Source: Hypanus sabinus (taxonomy: Eukaryota). Taken from it: DNA of 64,000 nt. This document shows, in pieces, positions 49,165 to 60,849 of this stretch. Both the position numbers and the translations under genes were made by a program. The stretch's first letter is position 1; each line of letters opens with the position of its first letter. The notes beneath the pieces are model-generated. The model did not search any database. It was not told where the DNA came from and saw only the letters and a list, made by a program, of their open reading frames with translations. Location: NCBI RefSeq assembly GCF_030144855.1, contig NC_082712.1, forward strand, positions 65,286,001 through 65,350,000, written 5' to 3'.

Positions 49165-50990
49165 TTTCAAAGTTCAAAGTAAATACATTATCAAGGTACA
49201 TATACTTCACCATATACAACCCTGAGATTCATTTTCTCAAGGGCACTCACAGTAGATATAAGAGACACAATGAAAGACTGTGTCCAACAGGACAGACAAG
49301 CAACCAGTGTGCAAAGGACAACAAACTGTGAAAATACAAAAAGAGAGAGAATAAATGTAGTAATAATAATAAATAAAAATCAACAACATGGAAAGTAAAT
49401 CTATAGGTTGTAGGAATGTTTAGTAATGGGGCAAGTGAAGTTATCTGCTCTGGTTCAAGAGCCACACGCACAAAACGTTGGAGGAACTCAGCAGGCTAGG
49501 CAACAACTATGAAAAAGAGTGAAGAGTCAACGTTTCAGGCCAAGACCCTTTCTCAGGACTGGAAGGGAAGGGAAGGCTTTAGAGTAAGAAGGTGGGGGGA
49601 GGGGAGGAAGAAGTACAAGGTGACAGATGATAGGTGAAACTGGGAGAGTGAAGAGAGGGAGAAAAGCCTTATGGTGGGAGTAATAACTGTTCCAGAAAAT
49701 TGTGAGGCTCCTGTACCTTCTTCTTGATGGAAGTACAGAGAAGAGAGTATGGCCTGGATGATGGTGGTCCTTGATGATGGATGCTGCTTTCCTGTGACAG
49801 CGCTCCATGTAGATATGCTAGATTGTGTGAGAGCTTTACCTGTGATTCACTGCGCTGTATCCACAATTTCCAATCAAGGGCATTGGTATTTCCATACTGG
49901 CTTGTGATGCAACCAGTCAGAATACTCTCCATCACACATCTGTAGAAGTTTGTCAAAGTTGTAGCTGACATGCTGAATCTTTGTAAACTTCTAGGAAAGT
50001 AGAAGCACTGATGAGCATTCTTTATAAAGGCATTTATACGCTGGGCCCAGAGCAGATGCTCTTAAATGATAACGTCAAAGAATTTAAAGTTGATGACCCT
50101 CTTTATTTCATATACCCTGATAAGTACTGGCTCATGGTCCTCCAGTTTTATCCTCCTGAGGTCAATAATCAGCTCCTTTGACATTGAGTGAGAGGGTGTT
50201 GCTGTGGCACCACTCCTCATTCTCCCTCCTATATGCTGATTCATCATCACCTTTGGTTTGGCCAATGACACTGGTTGTCATTAGCAAATTTAAATATGGC
50301 ATTGGAGCTCTGTATAGCTGTACAGTCATAAGAGTAAAGCAAGTAGAGCAGGGAGCTCGGCACGAGCCTTGTGGTGCACCTGTGCTGATAGAGAAGATGT
50401 TGTTGCCAATGCAAACTGACTGGGGTCTGCAAATGAGGAAATAAAGGATCCCGTTGCACAATGAGATATTGAGACCAAGGTATTGAATTAATTTTGAGGG
50501 GACGATAGCATTGAACGGCGAACTGTAATCAATGAAGATTATCCTCATGTATGCGTCTTCACTGTCTGGATATTCCACGGTTGAGTGAAGAGCCAATGAA
50601 ATTGAATCTGCTGTTGATCTGTTGTGATGGCAGGCAAACTGAAGTGGATCCAAGTCACTTTTCAGGCAGGAGTTATTTCATTACTGAACTCTCAACACAC
50701 TTCATTACAGTGGGTGTAGTGCACCTGAATGATAGTCATTGAGGCGGGTTCCATGTTCTTCTTAGGCACATGTATAAATGAAGCCTGCTTGAAGCAGGTG
50801 GGGACTTCAGACTGCCAAAGCGAGAGGTTAAAGATATTGGTGAACACTCCAGGCAGATGATCACCATAGGTCTTTTATACTCAGCCAACAAGCCCGTCTG
50901 GGCTGGATGCTTTCCGTGGCTTCACTCTCCTGAAGGATTCATTCACATCAGCCTTAGAGACTGAAATCATAGCATCATCGTGGGCTGCTG
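49165..50990 (-). mobile_element. Rex1/Babar LINE fragment
   Basis: MDPLQFACHHNRSTADSISLAL, IFIDYSSPFNAI, STGAPQG, IFKFANDN and FYRCVMESILTGCI. Confidence 0.9.
49465..49665 (-). mobile_element. Penelope pLTR fragment inserted in a Rex1 tail
   Basis: acacgcacaaaacgttggaggaactcagcagg...gtttcaggccaagaccctttctcaggactgg. Confidence 0.75.
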
Positions 50991-51424
50991 GAATTCAGTG
51001 TTCAGTTTTTGTCACTATGCTATAGGAAAGGTGCTATTAATTTAGAAAGTGTGTAAAGGGGATTTATGAGTTTGTTGTTGAGACTGACTCCTCTTCCTCA
51101 GCTGATTTCAGGAGTGAGCTATCTGCACCTGTCACTTCAAAGATGTAAACATGCAATGGTAATGTGCAGTGAAAGAGTTAATTTATGTACCATACCTTAA
51201 CCTGAGTTTGTGATGGTCACTTCAATCTATTAATGTTGCACTCTGGATATACATTGAATGTTACATTCTAGGGGAGAAAGAAGCTGTTTTGTAATACATG
51301 GAAGAAAGCTCCCTTTGGAGATAAACAGTCCATATGAAATTTTATACAATTGGACTTAGTCAGTGCCAGCTTTGACCCTTACCTCTGAATGCAGAATTGA
51401 ATACTTTGTCTCCCATTAGACCGT

Positions 51425-51690
51425 CTCTGAGCACATAATACCAGTCTTCCAGATACTGTCTGAGGAGCGTTGCACTATCACAGGTGCCTTCCGAAAGGTG
51501 AGAAAATAAAACTGTTAGATCTCAGAGGTAGACAAAAGTGCCCATGGCACCACTGTGAAAAAGAAACAGCAGAATTGTCTCCAATATCTGGCTAATATTT
51601 ATCCACCATTTGAAATCTCTGAAGCATTATTTGCTCAAAATAACATGAGAACTCGCTATATAAAAAATGGCTGCCATTTTCCCTACATTG
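51425..51690 (+). mobile_element. Deu-domain SINE remnant (SacSINE1/AmnSINE-like); further remnants at ~29880-30050 (-), 33050-33320 (-), 36100-36330 (+) and 62690-62800 (-)
   Basis: ctcagaggtagacaaaagtgcccatggcacc...ctggctaatatttatcc...aaatggctgccattttccctacatt resembles the Deu core as recalled. Confidence 0.6.
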
Positions 51691-51739
51691 GAAGGCTTTA
51701 GGATGTTAGAAATCTAAATTAAAATCTACAGATGTTGGA

Positions 51740-52603
51740 GATCAAGTCAAGTTAAGTGAAATCATTTTTATTATCATTTCCACCATAACTGCTGGTACAG
51801 TACATAGTAAAACTGAGACAACGTTTTTCAGGACCATGGTGTTACATGACACATTACAAAAACTAGACTGAGCTATGTAAAAAAAAAAGCACGGAGAAAG
51901 CTACACAAGACTACAGTCCTACACAGGCCTGCATAAAGTGCTCAAAAACAGTGCAGGCATTACAATAAATAATAAACAAGATAATAGGGCAAGCTGTCAG
52001 TCCAGGCTCTGGGTATTGAGGATTCTGATAGCTTGGGGGAAGAAACTGTTACATAGTCTGGTTGTGAGAGCTTGAATGCTTCGGAGCCTTTTCCCAAACG
52101 GCAGGAGGGAGAAGAGATTGTATGAGGGGTGCATGGGGTCCTTCATAATGCTGTTTCCTTTGCGGATGCAGCGTGTAGTGTAAACGTCCGTGATGGCAGG
52201 AAGAGAGACACCGATGATCTTCTCAGCTGACCTCACTATCCACTGCAGGATCTTGCGATCCAAGATGGTGCATTTTCTGGACCTGGCAGTGATGCAGCTG
52301 CTCAGGATGCTCTCAATACAACCCCTGTAGAATATGATGAGGATGGGAGGTGGGAGATGGACTTTCCTCAGCCTTTGCAGAAAGTAGAGACGCTGCTGGG
52401 CTTTTTTTGCTATGGAGCTGCTGTTGAGAGACCATGTGAGGTTCTCCGCCAGATGAACACCAAGAAATTTGGAGCTCTAAACAATCTCTACCGAGGAGCC
52501 GTCGATGTTCAGCGGGGAGTGGTTGCTCCGTGCCCTCCTGAAGTAACAACCATCTCTTTTGTTTTGTTCACATTAAGAAATAGGTTGTTGGCTCTGTACC
52601 AGA
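51740..52603 (-). mobile_element. Rex1/Babar LINE 3' fragment
   Basis: DRKILQWIVRSAEKIIGVSLP...TTRLCNSFFPQAIR; (cttga)n tail. Confidence 0.9.
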
Positions 52604-52751
52604 TCTGAAACTAAGACAGAAAATGATGGGAAAAAATCTCAGCAGGTCAGGCAGCATTTGTGGAAAAAGAGAAGGTGAACATGCTCATTTCCTAGAACCT
52701 TTATCAGAGCAGGGTGTGGTGCTGAGGGGCATGCAAAAAATAATAAGTAAC

Positions 52752-52848
52752 CATCCTGCCGAAGGGTTTCGACCTGAAACATCAACTGTGATTTTTTCCA
52801 TAGATGCTGCCTGGCCTGCTGAGTCCCTCCATCATTTTGTGTGTGTTA
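52752..52848 (+). mobile_element. Penelope-derived mini-insert
   Basis: ctgccgaagggtttcgacctgaaacatcaactg...gatgctgcctggcctgctgagtccctccatcattttgtgtgtgtt; aagtaa on both flanks. Confidence 0.7.
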
Positions 52849-54119
52849 CAAGTAATTGATCTGATAGGAATGTTCTGATAAACAACATAAACCTGATGGA
52901 TTAGAGTGAGACAGATCGTGTCATGAATATGAATAGAAATTTAACCTGATGGAAAAAGATACAAATAACATATAATGAGAACTAGTTTATTGCTGATATA
53001 GTAATGATCTGGAACCCATTGGTGGTAAAGGTGGTAGAAATTGAATTACTTAGGACTTCCAGAAGTGAGTTTGATTAGGTACTTGTGGGAAAATCGTTTT
53101 TCGGATTCTGAAGAATGAGCCAAGGAATAGGACTGATGGGTTTACTTTATGAGGAGCTGACATTTGTGGAAAGAATGACAAGAGGCAGAGGAAAGAATGG
53201 TTTCAAAGTGCAGTGGCTTCAAGTATGGCAGGTTACAAATAGCGCCCATTTAAGTTGAGGATTGAAGGGTATGATGTCAGCAGAGCCCTCCACTGGACAA
53301 ACGACAGGGTAGAATGTCAATGTGACCTTGGAGGTGTGATGAGTGGAAGTGCCTTTGCATCAGGGGCTTCATTATCCATTAATCCTTGCGACTTGAAGTA
53401 AGACATGACCACTGAAGAGCGAGTGGTTTAGTTTTTGCAAAGCAGCACGGACTACTGAGTTAACTACTAGGGAAATGTATGAGAGATGGTCAGTTTGAAA
53501 CCCCAGATGTCACTTCTTGCTCTTTGGTGTCAATGCATACAAAGTTTCTGGGTGTCAGCATCACTGAAGATCTATCTTGGGCCCAACATATTGATGCAAT
53601 TACAAAGAAGGCACGACAGCATCTATATTTCATTCGAGTTTGAGGCTACTTGTTTTGTCACAAATGACGCTCACAAATTTATATCAATGTATCGTGGAGA
53701 GCATTCTATATGGTTGAATTATCAACTAGTATAGAGGAAAAAGCTGCAGAAAATTGTAAACTCATCCAGCTCCATCATGGGCACTAGCCTCTGTAACATT
53801 GAGGACACCTTCAAAACAACAAATTTCATGACATATGCCAGTGATATTATGGTTCTTATTCAAAAGTATCAAATCCAATGTGACATTCATGTTCTCTATA
53901 GTTTTCACTTATTTATGGTTTTTTTATTTTTAAAATATCCTTTATTTATGGCCCATTTCCCCAAAGGTGCTTAGAAATGCAGGCAATATAAATTATGAAC
54001 CTCTAAGCTTTTTAACAAGTTAAGAGTCTGACTTGGAATTTGCTTGGGGTTTGTTGGCCAGTTTCTGGTGAGTCTTTTGAATGTCTTTGGAATGGATGAT
54101 GGGCATATAAATTAATAAA

Positions 54120-56100
54120 CACATAATTTAGAGGCAGGACTTAAATTAGGCAACCATGCTCCTATCATTTCATAAGATCATTGCTGATTTAATTGCCATC
54201 TCAACTTTGCATTCCTTTCTATTCCTGGTAACCTTTCACCTCCTTTCTGATTGATTATCCATCTATTACTGTCTTAAAAATATTCAAGCAGCCTATCTTT
54301 AAAGGAATAATTCCACAGACTCCGAACTAAGAGAATAACATTGTACTCTACTTCATCTTTGTCTTAGATAGATGACCCCTAATTTTTAAATAGGGACACC
54401 TTGTTCTCCAGATTCCTGCAAGAAGAAACATCCTCAGCACATGCATCCTGTCAAGGCCCTCCAGGACCTTATATGCTTCAGTCACTCTTCCTGTGAATAA
54501 AATAATCTGAAATATCTCTCCACTTAGATAATGTACTCATTTTTATATTTGTTCCAACTAGGCAATGAACTATTTCCCTACATTATACTTAATTTACCCT
54601 CCCTCTTGACCTATCTATAAACCTTTGTAGACTCTTTACGTACCCTCCCCTTTCCAACTGACTTTTCTGTCATCAGCAAATTCAGCAATTATACCTTTGG
54701 TGCCTTCTTCCAAATCATTTATGTAAATTATAAAAGTTGTGGCCCTGGTCACTCTCCTTGTGGCACACCACTCTTGCCAATCAAGAAAAGACTCATCTAT
54801 GGAGCAACAAACAATCTTCTGGAGAACTCAGCAGGTTGAGCAGCAACTGTGGGGGAAGTAACTGTCAATGTTTCTGCTCACAGCCTTACATCAGGATAGT
54901 GCAACCAGATATAGGGTGATGATGCAAGGTTTCAACTTGAAACATAGACAAGTTCTTTATTCTTCACAGATGCTGCTGGACCTGCTCAGTTCCTTAAGCA
55001 GATTTCAATATCTTCTCTCTCTTGTGTCTCAAGACTTATTTATGCTTGTTCTCTATTTTCAGTCAGACAGCTAACCTTCTATTGATGCCAATATGTTACT
55101 ATCTACATTACATTTTTTTTAATCTCCCACAGTAAACGTTTGGTGTGACACCTTAACAAATGCCTATAACTGGTTATCCTTCATCCATGCTACATGTTAC
55201 ATCTTCAAAGAACTACAATTACTTCATCAGACAAAATTTCCTTTCACTAACCACGTTGACTTTGCCTAATTCCCATGATTTATTTTCTCAGTGTCCTGCT
55301 ATAGCATTGTAGTAATAACTTCCAACATTGTCCTTCAGGCAGGTATTCAGCTAACTGCTTTCAGTCTCCTTCCTTTTTTGAATACAGTATTTACATATGC
55401 TATTTTACAATCTAATGGAATTTAAGAAAATTAATAGCAATGTATTTACTATCTCTGTAGTTGTTTCTTTTAAGTTCATCAGGAAGAAAAGATTTATCAA
55501 TCCAAGTGCTTTGAAATAGCTCTCTAAATTACCTTTTCAATTGATCAACCATTGCTTGCTTCCGTTTATTAATTCCCTATAATCACTTCTCCGAGACTAA
55601 CACTCACTTTAACTCTTTCTGAAACATCTTTAGAAAATCTTACTGTATTTGATATTTCTGCCAAGCTTTATTGTGTATTCATTTTTTTCCTTTTGCTCTT
55701 TTAGTTTTATTTTGCTGTTTTATTTACTTGCCTTGTACTTAGGCAATAATCTGTTTTTTTAACTTGTGAATTTTCTTGGAACTTTATTGGGATTTGTTGG
55801 TCAGCTTCTTTGTTGTAATGTCTGTGGGATGGTTGATAGACATATAAGTTAACAAAAACATAAAGTTAAATTCCTTTGCAATTTTCTTTCTTACTGGAAG
55901 GTATCCATTCTGTTTTCTGAAATATCACTAAAATGTCTGCTTGTCATCTTGACTGATCTTTTGAAATAATCTGCCAGTTCATTTTTAGCTAATTCCATTT
56001 TCATTCCTTCTTGTAGCCCTTATATTCTATCATTTTATGGTGGTTGCTATCTAAAGTGCTTTTCTAACAAGATTATCGATTAATGCTATCACAGTGCACA
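54120..56100 (-). mobile_element. Old, heavily decayed CR1 LINE with a nested palindromic Penelope-type insert (~54800-55010)
   Basis: CR1 tail near 54130-54250; gtcatcagcaaatt (minus strand: KFADD) at 54670-54683; AT-rich decay. Confidence 0.55.
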
Positions 56101-56134
56101 ATGCCAGCAGTAGAATCATAGACAAGAGTCAAAG

Positions 56135-57115
56135 CTGATGAACTCAGCAGTCCAGGCAGCATCTATGAAAAAGAGTAAACAGTTGACATTTTGGGCCAAC
56201 ACCCTTCATCAGGATTGGAAAGGAAGAGGAAAAGTCAGAGAAAGACGGTGGGGAGAAGGAAGGAAGAAATACAAGGTGGTAGGTAATAGGTGAAAATGGA
56301 GGGGGTGAAATAAAGAGCTGGGCAGATGATTGGTGAAAGAGATAAAGGGGGAATCTGACTGGAGAGGACAAAATACATCGGAAGAAATGGAAGGGGAGGA
56401 GCACCAAAGGGAGGTGATGGGCAGGGAAGGAGATAAGTTGAGAGAAGGAAACTGGAATGGGAATGGTGAAGGAAGGGTAAATATTGGAAGTTCAAGAAAT
56501 TGATATTCATAGCATCAGTTGAAGCTACCCAGATGGAATGTCAGGTGTTGTTCCTCCAACCTGAGTGTGGCTTCCTCATAGCAGTAGAGGAGGCCATGGA
56601 CTGACATGTCAGAACAGGGAATGGGAACTAGAATGGAAATGAGTTGTCACTAGGAGATCTTGTTCTTTTGTGGCAGATAGAGCAAAAGTGCTTGGCGAAG
56701 CAGTCTCCCAATCTACATTGGATTCACCAATATACAGGGGGGCCACATTGGGAGCACTGGACACAGTAGCTGATCCCAGCAGATTTGCATATGAAGTGTT
56801 GTCTCTTCTGGAAGACTGGGGACCTGAATGGTAGTGATGGAGGAGGTGTAGGGGCAGGTGTAACACTTGTTCTGCTTGCAAGGATAAGTAACTGGAGGGA
56901 GATCAGTGGGAAGGGATGAGTGAACAAAGAAGTTGCATAGGAGGCTGCACCAATGCAGTCATCGATGTAGCATAGGGAGAGTTGGGCAGTGATTCCAGTG
57001 TAGGCTTGGAACATGTTCCTTTGACTTTCCACTGATCTTGCCTAGCCTGTTGAGTTCCTCCAGCATTTTGTGCGTGTTGCTTTGGATTTCCAGCATCTGC
57101 AGATTTGCTTGTGCT
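56135..57115 (-). mobile_element. Penelope-like element remnant (RT and GIY-YIG pieces) with inverted terminal pLTR segments
   Basis: CYIDDCIGAAS, ISYCVQCSQCG and LYIGES. The left end gaactcagcagtccaggcagcatc is inverted relative to the right end gcctgttgagttcctccagcattttgtg. Confidence 0.85.
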
Positions 57116-58460
57116 TGTCAAAGCTAATGAGTTTGTTTTTGCTGTGATATAAGCTGATTGACTAAAGTAACTCTACATTGCTGTGTCACGAGTCTACGTA
57201 GTCAAACTGCTCCTCTCTTATCTTTCCTCATAGTAGGTCGGATGATGTTACAGTTTAGTATAGGCAGTATACTGTTCCACTGCTAAGGGAGGTATATATT
57301 AAGCAGCTGCTGTTGCTTTTCAGGAATGAATCTAGGTTTTGTCAGAGTGAAGTTGATGGCTGTATGTGAGAAACATTTGCTGATTCTCACAAACTTAGAA
57401 AGTTCTTCTAAGTTGCACTTTCCAGGTAGGAGTAAGAAGCTTGAAATCTGTGCCTCCTGTCTATTTTCTATATACCTTGAGCACTTCCAAGTGAAAAGGC
57501 AGGCAGAAAGATAACTTTTTTATTCATCCATTAGATTTGTGACTGTCAAGTAAGGCCTGCATCTATTGCCAATTCCTCATATTACTTGAAAAGGTGGCCT
57601 TGTTGCCCTTGTGGTGAAACTCAGTCCTTGAGCTGACATGTTCACTTTGTATTTTAATCCTTTAATTTTCCCCTGAGCAGCAGAGCTTTGTTGTGACAAA
57701 TTACAATTTCTAATACGTTTTCTATTCTGTACGGTTTTGTAGTTCCAATTGTGGAGAAAATAATTCTCAAAGAAGATGTTCTAAAATTATGAGTAATTAA
57801 GCTACAGGAAATTCTGGAAATTGTATGAAGTTAAGTAGTGCTAATGCAAGGTGAAGCAGAATTAGCATTTTGGCTCAAATGCTCTGTCCCAACCGACCTA
57901 AAATATTATCAGTTTGTTGTTCCTCAGATGCTGTTTGATCTGCTGAGTATTTGTTTCCATTTTAGTTTCCAAGCATGCAAAGCTAACGTCAACTTTCATT
58001 GCAAAATTAGGCTAGGTACTGCCCCTTGAACCCTGCTAAAATCGAGTGAAATTTTACTCAATAATCATTTGTGATTTTTGAAGATAATTATTGCAGTGTC
58101 CTGGACTCTCTTACTCATACTTCCCAGGTTTTCAGCCTGTTTGCATGTAACAGAGGTTGATTTTTGGGAATGGGTTGCAGCTGGTTGATATTACAGCACA
58201 TTTAAATTACCCTTGAAATGTGGAGAACTTGACGAGAATGTGCCAACCATAATGTCTCTGGAAACAGATGGGGTAGATAAAAATAGAGCATATTTTAATG
58301 TTTAACTTGAGGACACATTGCTTTTGTAGTCAACTTTGATCACTTAATCATTAGTGACACTGCTGTGCCTTCTGACAAAGCAGCTACTGAAATCATCAGT
58401 TCCCTTGCCTAGCTCCTGGTTCCATATGAAACATTCATATGTGTCATCTGCCAGAAGGTT

Positions 58461-58467
58461 TATATAA
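58461..58467 (+). promoter_or_regulatory. TATA-like box about 135 bp upstream of the in-frame ATG at 58597 (possible alternative promoter)
   Basis: Sequence ggttTATATAAgggg in unique DNA; motif only, no functional evidence. Confidence 0.2.
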
Positions 58468-58611
58468 GGGGTGGATCAAAGAGAGAGCATACCACTCAGA
58501 TATGGAAGCATCACTGAGGTGCTGTAGGGAGCTTGCACTATGGGACCATAGCATCTGAGGAACCAGGAGTGATGACAGCACCCCTCTATATTAACTATGC
58601 TGTACTTTCAG

Positions 58612-58800
58612 CTCGTCATAATGGCTGGGACTGTACTGCTCGCCTATTACTTTGAGTGCACAGACACCTTCGAGGTGCATATCCAGGGGTTCTTCTGCCA
58701 GGATGCTGACCTAATGAAACCCTACCCAGGACCAGAAGAAGACAGCTTCATCCCCCCAATCGTCCTGTACTGTGTGCTGGCAGCAGTTCCTACCATTGTT
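58612..58800 (+). CDS. PLPPR1: Coding exon of a phospholipid phosphatase-related (PRG/LPPR) gene, most similar to PLPPR1; covers TM1, the first extracellular loop and the start of TM2
   Basis: Translates LVIMAGTVLLAYYFECTDTFEVHIQGFFCQDADLMKPYPGPEEDSFIPPIVLYCVLAAVPTIV. It is 189 nt, phase 0-0, bounded by ...tactttcag| and |gtaagt. Residues ECTDTF, HIQGFFCQD-DLMKPYPG and SFI-P-VLYCVLAA match PLPPR1 as I recall it, rather than PLPPR5 (EYTDTF, CHDSAYRKPYPG). No neighbouring exons were recognised in the window. Confidence 0.88.
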
Positions 58801-59611
58801 GTAAGTAACATAAACTACACTATGCAGTGCTCTATAATTCCCCTCAAACTCTCCCTGCTTGTCACTTTGAGTTTCCTTCCTACCCTCGAACAACTCTTCC
58901 TACAGAACCGTACCTCTCTCTCCCATCTCTGCTCAACCCTCTTTCTTATTTCCCTCCCTCTTTTCAGTTGACTCAGAAGGATGTTATACCCTTTGGAAAT
59001 TATTTCAGTTCGGAACACAGCGTATAACCTTGGTGTATCCATATAATTTTTTAAAATTTCCTGGAAAATTTCCTGAACTAGTCTTGGTAATGCATTGAGT
59101 TACTGTTTGAAATTCAACTTAAAATGAAAAATTATGCTACCATCCTTCCATAGCTAACTCTGTGTGTGGCTGATGGTTTTGTTTGCATGCCCGTGCTTTT
59201 ATGTCACTCTCTGATAAGCTAACTGCTGCTGCCCTGTGACTGGTAAAGAAACTGCAGTGGTTTCATTGAAGTAGCATTCCATTCGATGCTTCTGTCATTC
59301 CCTCATATTCTCACACCTATTTGCCTTTTACTATATGTGAACAGTGTACTTGGTAAAAGTGACCGACAGATAGAGAGAAGTGAATTCACATTGTATCTTG
59401 TAATCTAGAAATTCACCATGTTTTAATTTGAATGAACAGCAAATTTAAAAATTGATTCTTATTTACTTCTCTACAATTTTAAGCTTTCTCCATTGTCATT
59501 AATGCATTAACCCAATCAATTAAAATCACATATTCCAGCTAAGTACAACAACTCTGTGATATCATGTTGATGAAGGACCCTCAGTCATTTCTCTCCACAT
59601 TGGAACAATTA

Positions 59612-60546
59612 CACTGGACAGCAAAGATTTTGCTTCCTGTATACTTTTGGGTGTATCTTATGGATTTGGGCTGCTGCCCATGAAAACTACCATGAAGTTT
59701 CCCTATCACACACCATTAAAAGAAAATTTACCTCTATTTGTTATTTCAATTCATAATTCAAGTCAATTAAAATGTTGCCTATAATGTAAACTGAAAAGTT
59801 TTCTATCTTGTCTAGGCATGCCCTGGCATGCTTAGGCAGGATGGATGCTGCATGGCAGGAGAGGTTCTATGAAGTCCATAGATTTCCATGAAGGATTTTG
59901 ATATTTGAGACTGATGTTTCCCAGAATAACTGATGCCAAAGTCAAGGAACTCATTTCTGTTGGTCCATAAATCAAACAGATCATCAATGATAGGCAATTT
60001 GAAGAACTTCTTGTGGGACTGGGGAAAATCGCATGGAAGGCATTCAAGGACGTTGTTGAAAGTTCTCTTAGCAACTACGGAGCACCAAACTACCTGCAGC
60101 TAGTTGGCAACTTGCTTCAAGCATACAAAACCATGAAGTACAACATGTCACTGAAGAATCATTTCTGCATTCCCATCTTGGCACTGTCAGTGACGAGCAT
60201 GGTAAAAGGTCATGGAGAAGGGGTATCAGAGCAAATGGAATCCATCAATGCTGGCTGATTATTGTTGGACAGTGAAGCAAGAAGTTGCAGGCACTGAGTA
60301 GAAATAAAAATCATCAAATAAAAACATTTTTAGCTTAGTTGAACTATTGCAGAGGCAAATCAGCACTATTATCCAATTAAATGCATTATATTCAATAGAA
60401 GTTAATTTCTTGATTTTCCAAATCCCTACATGATACAAATAGTCTGAAATTATATTTGTGTTCAGCTTTCAAGGGGTCTATCACAAACAAAAGCAAAAAA
60501 AAATTCTGAGGAAACAACACTTGCGAAAAAAAGTTGTTGTCCAGTG
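59612..60546 (+). mobile_element. Chapaev3 (CMC superfamily) DNA transposon, internally deleted, with TIRs and TTA TSD
   Basis: Ends cactggacagcaaagatttt ... aaaagttgttgtccagtg; tta at 59609-59611 and 60547-60549. Transposase C-terminal remnants FPRITDAKVKE, KIAWKAFKDVVE..APNY, YKTMKYNMSLK, VSDEHG and SMLADYCWT. Confidence 0.9.
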
Positions 60547-60849
60547 TTATCACCGAGCTAATAAAAAAATATCTGATGAAATGGTGGAGCAATTGCTTTC
60601 ATTCCCAAAACAATGGCATTTTCCAGAAGATCTATCCCCTTTTGTTGTAATTTCAGAAATATTTTGGAAGACCAGAGTCTAAAAGCTATGTGACACATCT
60701 CCTGTTTGAGGAAATCAGGCAGAAGCCCAATTAAACACATACTCGACCAGACTTGCCATAATTTCCAGGTGAAATTATAACTATTATGAAATTGAACTAA
60801 GTGTTTTCATGCACAGCTGGCATTAACTATCATGTAACTTAAGGTTTTC

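Noticed and set aside
58801-58971. Extension of the PLPPR ORF (VSNINYTMQC...)
   Set aside because: Similarity ends at the canonical gtaagt donor at 58801; the remainder is intron read-through.
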